From Candidatus Tenderia sp. (lineage in GTDB: Bacteria; Pseudomonadota; Gammaproteobacteria; Tenderiales; Tenderiaceae): a DNA stretch of 32,000 nt. Below the pieces are notes generated by a model, which saw nothing but the letters and a program-made list of their open reading frames with translations, was not told where the DNA came from and did not search any database. The translations under genes were made by a program, and so were the position numbers. Positions 1 to 7,587 of this stretch are shown piece after piece; the stretch's first letter is position 1, and each line of letters begins with the position of its first letter. The stretch is from NCBI GenBank assembly GCA_031416075.1, contig JANOSY010000024.1, positions 39,414-71,413 of the forward strand, read 5' to 3'.

Positions 1-60
1 TTGCCTTGCAGGAAAATAACACCATCCATCTCAAGTCATGGTCTTTTAACTTCACCTGTT

Positions 61-89
61 AAAAAACGGGCCCAAATTCGTGGACCCGT
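61..89 (-). terminator. Rho-independent terminator after the beta-helix protein gene
   Basis: The minus strand reads ACGGGTCCA-cgaatt-TGGGCCCGT (9-bp stem with one G.U pair) followed by TTTTTT. It lies about 70 nt past the stop codon at 160-162. Confidence 0.6.
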
Positions 90-159
90 CGGTAACCAGT
101 TATTGGGTCAGCCCATTCTGTGCACCTTCAAGAATGGCTGACGCCAGAACACCTCTCAA

Positions 160-3100
160 CTATTGGTAAAACACCTGCACCTGAAGTTCGTCAAGATAAA
201 AATTCTGAGTGGGAGACGGCGACACATTTGAGATGCGAATTTTAAATTGTGTGCCATTCATGACAGTAGGGGTAAATGTAGACATTCCCCATAAATCGCC
301 GTTTCCACCAATCTGGTAGTTTGCGTAGGCGTCGCCCAGATTTTTTTCTCGGCCCACAGTATGCTCGGTCCAAGTCGCTGATCCATCATTTAGACGTACG
401 CAAAGTTTTCCGCCAGGAGCTCCTTCTGAGACTTTTGCTCTGAATTTGACTTCGATACCCTTGATCGTCCTGCCCGACGGAATAGCAAACCCGAAGTCAG
501 AAAAGTGATGCACATCATGCTGGGGATCGCCACAATTAGTAGTGGAGTCACCGCTGCCGCTGTTGATATCCAGCGCAACACCATTGCCAGCCCCGGCAAC
601 CGCAGTAACAACATCCGCCGGTAATGGCGATGAATTCACAGTGCCGTTAGTCGCTACACTTTCAAAGCCATTTGCGTCACCCGCCCATGTGATACCCGTG
701 GTAGAACGAGGAGGCTTGTACCCCGTAGTCTGAAGTTGTTGGATATCATTGTGCTCCATCAACGCATCATTGGGTTCTCCCTTTTTGTAAAATCCAACAC
801 CATTCGGGAATTGAATATCAGGTGATGATCCCTCTGCAAATAACACAAATGGACCAGTTGCACTGACATCAGGAATAGCCTGCGCAACAGAGAAATTAGT
901 TGAGCCTGTATCAAGAAATTTGATTATGCTGAAACCACTCGCTGGCGCTCGATCAAAATTGGTCTGTCCATATACAGCCACGTTATTTACATTCCTAAAG
1001 CGCAGAAAATCGTTATCAGTAAGATTTCCAGAAGTATCGTCGTTTTTATTCTCCCATTCAGTCTTTAAGCCGTAGATTCTTATATTGCTGGCACTCGTAA
1101 ATTCAGCAAACGCTGCGCTATCTGCGTGTTCCATATTCAATCCATAAAATGACAATGGCTGCGAGTTATTAGTGGCCCTGAGGATTCTATAATCTCGATG
1201 TGACATTCCTTTCGATTGGCCACGACTGAAAAAATACCAACGACCGCCTCCGGTTGCGCCTATTTTTACCAGATCATGCGGATTGGTTAATTCACCACCA
1301 GATGGATTATGGTAAAAGCGACCAATGTGGACCATGGAGTTTCTTCCAGCATTCCAATCTAACGCCGTGAAATAGTCATAGTTTTGATCCTTCGCTGGAA
1401 CACCAATCGACAGATCGCCAAGATAAGTTGTCGCTTCAGTGTCTGCCACGGTGGAAATAACCGGCCTATTGCAGGTGAGATTTTTGCCTACACACCCATT
1501 CATAAAATAGTCCGGAACACCCGAGGCATCCACTTTAATTTCAATGCGGGTTAAATGCCCAGCCGCACCAAAAAGGATGGAATCTGATTTCAACTTAACA
1601 AACGGATAATTTTGAGTTGACGTCAAACGGTAGATCCCTTTACGTAGAAAAATTTTCCGATTGCTGTCGATTGCATTATTAAATTGTTCTACCGTGAGAT
1701 TGTAGACCTTGCTTTCGTAGTTATTCTCCGGTGTCTGTGATTCTATTGCCGGAAAGACAACATAATCCTTATCATCAACGGATGGCAGCGATTTCCAGGC
1801 ATGTTTTGAAATCAAATCGCTGGGTATGCTTGCTGCACCAATTTTCCATACATGCTCCGGCGTTAGGGAGGCTGCGCCTATTTGATTGATGACATGTCCA
1901 CCCCCGACAGTCGTGGTCTGGGCCCTGTGCTCAACACTAAGCTCCTTAACATGTGAGATTGCATTGCCGGCGCCCCTGCAACTTTCTCCACAGCTGATCT
2001 GTGTACCGCTACGTGATGCGTACAATGTGTGGGTCACGGCAGCTGATTTTACGTAAACATTTTTCATATGAACAAATGTCTCATTCCCCCCCGCGCCCCC
2101 CAGACGGTCACCATAATTCAGTACGGCAGGGTTCGTGCCAGAAACTGCTATTGATCCATCGACCAATGCCAAACTGCCAACATGGGCATGAGCTACACTG
2201 TTCCGATAAGTTGTAATTCCTGGAACTGGTTGTCCGAGGGTGTCTATCTCGAAACCGACAACAGTTAGCGTTGCACCGGTATGCCGTATTGCGCTTTCTG
2301 TTTGCCCCCGAAGCTTAACTCCAACAATCGTGCTACCAATATTTCCTAACGAGCGACATGACCCAGTTGCTCCTGCAACATTACAACCGGCGGCTTCAGT
2401 AAGGTAGGTATCTATTCCAAACCTTCCCCCTTCGACTTCGATTTTCACCGCACCGGCAGCCCGTGCCGGCAACCCTTGAATGCCAGCATGCTCGCTACCA
2501 GTAGCGATGACTTTTACATTTTCAATTGAGCTGTCTTGGGCCTGATTGAAATACAACCCGACACAACCCGTTTTTTGGCTACAGTCTATGTTTACGTTGC
2601 GGAGCAATTGGTGATACCCGCCAGCCGGCTGTTCCCAACGAAAATTTTCTTCTGTAGGATTCAATATCGCATTGTTAGCGCGAGTTTTAGTTTCAAAATT
2701 TTTAAAATCCAGAACAATTTTTTTTCCGGAGTTAAAACTTGTCCCTGCCACCTTTATGGTAGCTAATCGGCCACCGTTTACGTCGGTCGCCCCCACAATG
2801 GCGATCGGGTACGTATCGTCACTGGTAATTTTTGAAATTACTGAACTTGTGGTCGAGGTATACGCACGTAGCGTATCGTTTACGAAATAAGTTCCCGCTG
2901 GGAGGTATAACGCCAGATTATTGTCTCGCGCGTCGGTGATCGCCTCCTGCAACTTTGGTGTCGATATGGCTGGATTTGTGTTATTGGCGCCTGTATATGC
3001 ACTCACAACCAGATAACCCTTTTGATAGTATTCGTGCCATTTTCTTTGTTCCTCTGTCCCATCCGGATTTGTAACCGCATTGGGTATTACCGCAGTTGCA

Positions 3101-3171
3101 GTGCCGACCACGCTGAACAGCGTGAAACCCAGTATCGCCGAAAATAGATAATGCACGGTTCGCTTTTTCAT
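160..3171 (-). CDS. Secreted ~1000-aa right-handed beta-helix protein (pectate-lyase superfamily, GH55-like two-lobe layout) with a C-terminal beta-sandwich-like module; function unknown
   Basis: The ORF is 1003 codons and uninterrupted, with GGAGA 5 nt upstream of the ATG. The N-terminus is a Sec signal (MKKRTVHYLFSAILGFTLFSVVGTATA). Two beta-helix entry motifs of the Pectate_lyase_3 type are present: LALYLPAGTYFVNDTL near aa 86 and RKIFLRKGIYRLTS near aa 505. The family assignment is from motif memory only. Confidence 0.55.
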   Translation of the reverse strand: MKKRTVHYLFSAILGFTLFSVVGTATAVIPNAVTNPDGTEEQRKWHEYYQKGYLVVSAYTGANNTNPAISTPKLQEAITDARDNNLALYLPAGTYFVNDTLRAYTSTTSSVISKITSDDTYPIAIVGATDVNGGRLATIKVAGTSFNSGKKIVLDFKNFETKTRANNAILNPTEENFRWEQPAGGYHQLLRNVNIDCSQKTGCVGLYFNQAQDSSIENVKVIATGSEHAGIQGLPARAAGAVKIEVEGGRFGIDTYLTEAAGCNVAGATGSCRSLGNIGSTIVGVKLRGQTESAIRHTGATLTVVGFEIDTLGQPVPGITTYRNSVAHAHVGSLALVDGSIAVSGTNPAVLNYGDRLGGAGGNETFVHMKNVYVKSAAVTHTLYASRSGTQISCGESCRGAGNAISHVKELSVEHRAQTTTVGGGHVINQIGAASLTPEHVWKIGAASIPSDLISKHAWKSLPSVDDKDYVVFPAIESQTPENNYESKVYNLTVEQFNNAIDSNRKIFLRKGIYRLTSTQNYPFVKLKSDSILFGAAGHLTRIEIKVDASGVPDYFMNGCVGKNLTCNRPVISTVADTEATTYLGDLSIGVPAKDQNYDYFTALDWNAGRNSMVHIGRFYHNPSGGELTNPHDLVKIGATGGGRWYFFSRGQSKGMSHRDYRILRATNNSQPLSFYGLNMEHADSAAFAEFTSASNIRIYGLKTEWENKNDDTSGNLTDNDFLRFRNVNNVAVYGQTNFDRAPASGFSIIKFLDTGSTNFSVAQAIPDVSATGPFVLFAEGSSPDIQFPNGVGFYKKGEPNDALMEHNDIQQLQTTGYKPPRSTTGITWAGDANGFESVATNGTVNSSPLPADVVTAVAGAGNGVALDINSGSGDSTTNCGDPQHDVHHFSDFGFAIPSGRTIKGIEVKFRAKVSEGAPGGKLCVRLNDGSATWTEHTVGREKNLGDAYANYQIGGNGDLWGMSTFTPTVMNGTQFKIRISNVSPSPTQNFYLDELQVQVFYQ

Positions 3172-3261
3172 ACTTTCTCCATTTTACGTTGATGTGCCCG
3201 CCTCAATACCAACGACATATGCACAGTTCGCACTTAGTTTTTTGCTAACCTTAAACCCTCA

Positions 3262-3575
3262 ATGACAGCCGATTCCGGCACTGAGGTTTACCAACCTCAC
3301 GCATGGATTCGCCAAATCAGCCCAATAATATGACGTTGACTTTTGGTGTGCAACAACAACATAATCCCTACACACCGCAGGTCATCTTCAGCTAGAGCGA
3401 TGCACATTTGGATCAGTTTGGAATTCACGGGCAAGGCCACTGTGTTTACCACGATGGTGACATCATCTGTTCTAACCATGCCGATCACATCAAGCTGAAC
3501 GATTTCAGATTCCGTACCAACGAACGATTATTTTACGAGTACGACTTCGGCGAATGCCTCTTTATTTATTCATAC
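3262..3575 (+). pseudogene. Degraded remnant of a plasmid pRiA4b ORF-3-like (PF07929-type) gene
   Basis: Three family-like motifs occur in the right order and spacing: HAWIRQISP (cf. P-IWRR-x-VP) at ~3298, AHLDQFGIHGQ (cf. HLxEFxIGG) at ~3402, and LFYEYDFGE (cf. FxYxYDFGDxWEH) at ~3528-3554. They are interrupted by a frame change near 3330 and an in-frame TAG at 3393. Similarity is lost after YDFGE. Confidence 0.4.
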
Positions 3576-3610
3576 GAAAAATTTACGAGAGCATCCCCGG
3601 ATGTCCACGC

Positions 3611-3638
3611 TTGTCAAATTTCTTCCCAATCATGTAAT
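3611..3638 (+). promoter_or_regulatory. Candidate sigma70 promoter for the TolB-like gene
   Basis: TTGTCA (3611-3616), a 16-nt spacer, then TGTAAT (3633-3638). This sits ~40 nt upstream of the ATG at 3679, which is preceded by AAGGA. Predicted by eye only. Confidence 0.35.
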
Positions 3639-3678
3639 GTATTGGCTGTTTCAAAACATTTATTACAAGGAAAAAAGC

Positions 3679-4665
3679 ATGAAACACTGTCAACTCATTT
3701 CTATTCTCACAGCCAGTGCATTATTGTTTTCGAGTGCATCGGCGTTCGCGCAAAATTGTACGACAACACCTGTTTACCAGCCGGACTCCACTCGGCCCGC
3801 GTTATCGGGCCGGCTCGTCTATCACAGTTACAGCACCTATGGAGACAGCACCTCGAAGCTGTACCTGTTTGACTTCCAGACTTCGCAACTGAGTGTGCTG
3901 AGCAATAGCTGGGGCATCACTGACCCGATGAATGCGAATTTTTCTCCGGATGGCAAATGGATCACCTTCATGGGCATCCAAAACGCCAAGTGGCATGTTT
4001 TTTTGTGGCAAGTGGGATCAAGCACGCTGCCAGCGAATCTGACCGCATTATCGGACACCCGCAACGAAGACCCGAAGTTCTCCTTCGACGGAAAGAAGAT
4101 CGCGTTCAAACGGAATGGCGATATCAAGATCGCGACGATCAACTTCTCTTCCACACCGCCAGCCATCAGCAGTATTCTGCACGTCACGAGTAACGGTTTT
4201 CAGACTGAAGAGTCCATGCCATATATGACACCAAGCGGAAAATATGTCCTGTACACGCGAGGCGCCAACACAACATTCGACATCTATCGAACCAATTTGC
4301 AGAATATGACCACGCAAGCGCTGATAAGCACCCCTGATGTGGCTGACTACTACCCCATCGTACGCGATAGCACCAGCTTTTTTTATTCGCGTTGGGATAA
4401 CGCCACCAATAAATTCGACCTGATCTATATGAATGTTCCCAACACGAACAGCAATATACAGCTCAAATTGAATCATTGCAGCTCGAACAACTCGGACGCG
4501 GCTCCTGTCGATGAAGATTTATTGATCTTCTCAGGGACGCGTGAAGGGCGCTACAAACTCTATCTTGGCGACATCAAGACAGGAAACGTATGGAGCCTTG
4601 ATTCGCTCGGAATCAATAGCATGACGAACAACGTGCTTGGCGCGAACTACACATATCGTCGATAG
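3679..4665 (+). CDS. Secreted TolB-like beta-propeller protein (PD40/WD40-like repeats)
   Basis: I moved the start from the track ORF (3601) to the ATG at 3679, which has an AAGGA RBS and begins a clean signal peptide (MKHCQLISILTASALLFSSASAFA|Q). PD40-like repeat motifs recur: NFSPDGKWITF, DPKFSFDGKKIAFKR, MPYMTPSGKYVLYTR. Confidence 0.65.
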   Translation: MKHCQLISILTASALLFSSASAFAQNCTTTPVYQPDSTRPALSGRLVYHSYSTYGDSTSKLYLFDFQTSQLSVLSNSWGITDPMNANFSPDGKWITFMGIQNAKWHVFLWQVGSSTLPANLTALSDTRNEDPKFSFDGKKIAFKRNGDIKIATINFSSTPPAISSILHVTSNGFQTEESMPYMTPSGKYVLYTRGANTTFDIYRTNLQNMTTQALISTPDVADYYPIVRDSTSFFYSRWDNATNKFDLIYMNVPNTNSNIQLKLNHCSSNNSDAAPVDEDLLIFSGTREGRYKLYLGDIKTGNVWSLDSLGINSMTNNVLGANYTYRR

Positions 4666-4674
4666 TGATATGGC

Positions 4675-4735
4675 TATACTGTCCCGAATACACTGCCTCA
4701 ATTAAATTTGAGGTTTAACCGGAACCGGGACAGTA
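4675..4735. terminator. Nested inverted repeat between convergent genes (TolB-like gene and lpdA)
   Basis: The outer arms ATACTGTCCCG (4675-4685) and CGGGACAGTAT (4725-4735) are an 11-bp perfect inverted repeat. An inner hairpin CCTCAA-ttaaat-TTGAGG lies at 4695-4712. There is no clear U-tract on either side. Confidence 0.35.
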
Positions 4736-4785
4736 TCTTCCTGATCTGTGAGTCAGTCTCTGCTAACAGGCAACGCGGAGTTAAC

Positions 4786-6216
4786 TCAGAAATGCACGGC
4801 TCGATTATCTACGGCCAGTGCCGCCTCATGCATCGCCTCAGCCAGCGATGGATGGGCGTGAATGGTGCGGGCGATATCTTCGCTGCTGGCGGAGAACTCC
4901 ATGGCCAGCACCGCTTCAGCGATCAGCTCCGAGGCGTTTGGCCCCATGATGTGTACACCGAGGATGGTATCGTCTTTGGCGTCGCTGAGTATTTTGACCA
5001 TGCCCACCATGTCGCCCATGGCACGGGCGCGACCATTGGCCATAAAGGGGAACACCCCCTGTTTAAAACCGACGCCCGATTCAGTTAACTCTTGTGATGT
5101 TTTGCCAACCCATGCGATCTCGGGCCAGGTATAGATAACCCACGGAATGGTGTTGTAGTTGATGTGGCTCACTTCACCGGCAATATGTTCAGCGACGGCA
5201 ACCCCCTCCTCCGATGCTTTATGTGCGAGCATTGGGCCACGCACAACATCACCAATGGCATACACATTAGGCAGGTTAGTACGACAGCGCTCATCCACCG
5301 CTATAAAACCACCGTTATCTAATGTTAATCCGATCTCTTCGGCATTTAATCCCGCTGTATTAGGTTTGCGGCCGGTTGCCACCAGCACTCTGTCAAATTT
5401 AAGCTCCTTCTCACCTTTTTGATCTTCTATGGTGACGACCACATGACATGCAGTCACTTTCGCTGATTTGGTTTTAGTATTCAGCAGTACCTCTAGTCCC
5501 TGTCCTCGCAGCTCTTTCAACGCTGCATCAGCCAGCTGTTTATCAACCGCTGGCAAAAACTGATCACGCCTGATCAATACGGTTACTTTGCTGCCCAAAC
5601 GGTTCCAGACGCTGCCAAGCTCAAGACCAATCACACCACCACCTATCACAGCCAGGGTCTTAGGTACTTCGTCAAAACTGAGCGCACCCGTGGAGTCAAC
5701 AATATGGTCACCATCCAACGGCAGGGAATCAACTATTGCTGACACCGACCCCGTAGCAATGATGATGTGCTCCGCTTCAAGGATCGCTGATTTAATCTCG
5801 TTGTTCTCTTTTTTATGGGGCGTAAATTCAATTTGTTGATTACTCAAAAGCTTGCCATGGCCTTGTAACCATGTAACTTTGTTTTTCATGAAGAGTGCGG
5901 CGACACCCCCTGTGAGACTTTTAACGATGTCATCTTTACGTACCATCATCTGCGCCACATCAATAGCAGCGCCTTTGGATTTGATGCCGTGGTAGGCAAA
6001 CTCATGTTTCAAACGGTGGTAGTGGTGCGAGGTATCAAGCAGTGCCTTGGAGGGAATGCAACCCACATTAAGACAGGTCCCCCCCAATGAGGGTTTGTTA
6101 TCACCATCGAGCCACATATCAATACAGGCAGTCTTCAACCCTAACTGTGCGCAACGGATGGCAGCCACGTAACCGCCAGGGCCACCCCCCACCACAACCA
6201 CGTCATAACGGTCCAT
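4786..6216 (-). CDS. lpdA: Dihydrolipoyl dehydrogenase (E3 component)
   Basis: The protein has the FAD fold GGGPGGY, the redox-active disulfide motif GGTCLNVGCIPSK and a C-terminal HAHP motif. I set the start at the ATG (MDRYDVVVVGGG) preceded by GAGGAGAG, not at the TTG at 6231. Confidence 0.93.
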   Translation of the reverse strand: MDRYDVVVVGGGPGGYVAAIRCAQLGLKTACIDMWLDGDNKPSLGGTCLNVGCIPSKALLDTSHHYHRLKHEFAYHGIKSKGAAIDVAQMMVRKDDIVKSLTGGVAALFMKNKVTWLQGHGKLLSNQQIEFTPHKKENNEIKSAILEAEHIIIATGSVSAIVDSLPLDGDHIVDSTGALSFDEVPKTLAVIGGGVIGLELGSVWNRLGSKVTVLIRRDQFLPAVDKQLADAALKELRGQGLEVLLNTKTKSAKVTACHVVVTIEDQKGEKELKFDRVLVATGRKPNTAGLNAEEIGLTLDNGGFIAVDERCRTNLPNVYAIGDVVRGPMLAHKASEEGVAVAEHIAGEVSHINYNTIPWVIYTWPEIAWVGKTSQELTESGVGFKQGVFPFMANGRARAMGDMVGMVKILSDAKDDTILGVHIMGPNASELIAEAVLAMEFSASSEDIARTIHAHPSLAEAMHEAALAVDNRAVHF

Positions 6217-6322
6217 ATTCACTCTCCTCAATCACAGCTCAATATAGAGTTGCGCTCAGATATCGACGTTCATCACCACTCAACACCGGGATCTGTGGCC
6301 AGATGTTAATGCGCCCAACGGG

Positions 6323-7525
6323 CTATATCTGCAACAGCATACGTGCAGGATCTTCCAGCACCTCTTTCACCTTGACCAGAAACGATACCGCTTCGCGACC
6401 ATCAATAATGCGGTGATCATAAGAGATCGCGACATACATCATGGACCGGGCAACAATCTGCCCCTCTTCGACCACCGCACGGTGTTCGATCTTGTGCATA
6501 CCAAGAATGGCACTCTGTGGCGGGTTCAAAATAGGTGTTGATAACAGCGAGCCGAAGGTGCCACCGTTGGTGATACTGAAAGTACCTCCACTCAGATCCT
6601 CCATCGACAACTTTCCATCCCGCGCCTTAGCTGCAAAGTCGCTCACCGCCTGCTCCAGCTCCGCCAGACTGAGCTGATCGGCATCACGGATAATCGGCAC
6701 CACCAGACCACGTTCAGTGCTCACCGCCACCCCCATATCAAAATAGCCGTGATAGATGACGTCATTACCATCAATAGAGGCGTTCACGGCGGGAAACTCT
6801 TTCAGAGCCTCGCAACACGCCTTGATGAAAAAAGACATAAAACCGAGTTTGATACCGTGCTTTTTCTGAAACTGCTCCTGATACTTGGCACGCAGATCCA
6901 TTACCGGTTTCATATTGATTTCATTAAAGGTGGTCAACATCGCCGTGGTGTGTTGCGCTTCCAACAGACGTTCCGCGATACGGGCACGCAGACGTGTCAT
7001 CGGCACACGCTGTTCCGGGCGGCCACCGGCACCAACCACACTGGTAGATATAGTAGCGCTGACAGCGGGTTGACTGCCCTGATCCATATGTTTAACAACG
7101 TCAGCCTTGGTGAGCCGTCCATCACGACCTGTAGCTGCAATACTGGCAGGGTCAAGTTTATTCTCTGCCACCATTTTCCGTACTGCAGGGCTGAGATCCA
7201 TGGCGGCCGCTGGCTCAGCCTCTGATGCTAATGCCTGCTTAGGTACGTCAACCGCTGCCTCTTTCTCTACAACCGCAGGGGCCTTGGCATCGGTATCGAT
7301 GACCGCGATCAACTCACCGCTGGTCACCACATCACCACTTATTTTTTTGATCTCAGTCAACAGACCATCTTGTGGTGCCACCACTTCAAGCATCACTTTA
7401 TCGGTCTCAAGATCCACCAGATTTTCATCACGCAGCACGTAATCACCGCTCTTTTTATGCCAGCGCGCCAAGGTGGCATCGGGTATCGATTCAGACAGCA
7501 CCGGTACTTTGACTTCAATCAGCAT
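6323..7525 (-). CDS. sucB: Dihydrolipoyllysine-residue succinyltransferase (E2o)
   Basis: It contains a lipoyl domain ([11 protein letters not shown]), an E3-binding domain ([15 protein letters not shown]...GRLTKADV) and a catalytic domain ([13 protein letters not shown]). I set the start at MLIEVKVP, which has AGGGAG upstream, instead of the longer track ORF. Confidence 0.93.
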   Translation of the reverse strand: MLIEVKVPVLSESIPDATLARWHKKSGDYVLRDENLVDLETDKVMLEVVAPQDGLLTEIKKISGDVVTSGELIAVIDTDAKAPAVVEKEAAVDVPKQALASEAEPAAAMDLSPAVRKMVAENKLDPASIAATGRDGRLTKADVVKHMDQGSQPAVSATISTSVVGAGGRPEQRVPMTRLRARIAERLLEAQHTTAMLTTFNEINMKPVMDLRAKYQEQFQKKHGIKLGFMSFFIKACCEALKEFPAVNASIDGNDVIYHGYFDMGVAVSTERGLVVPIIRDADQLSLAELEQAVSDFAAKARDGKLSMEDLSGGTFSITNGGTFGSLLSTPILNPPQSAILGMHKIEHRAVVEEGQIVARSMMYVAISYDHRIIDGREAVSFLVKVKEVLEDPARMLLQI

Positions 7526-7587
7526 TGTTGGACTCCCTTTCAAGCAACTCTGTGCCGCACGCGGCATCAAAAAATGTAATTTTCAAA

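Noticed and set aside
3408-3872. 154-aa plus-strand ORF, together with the 3601 start of the 354-aa ORF.
   Set aside because: The 5' part is better explained as the decayed pRiA4b-ORF3-like pseudogene, and the 3' part is out of frame with the TolB-like gene. The 3601 start precedes the candidate promoter and adds 26 non-signal residues before a perfect signal peptide that starts at 3679.
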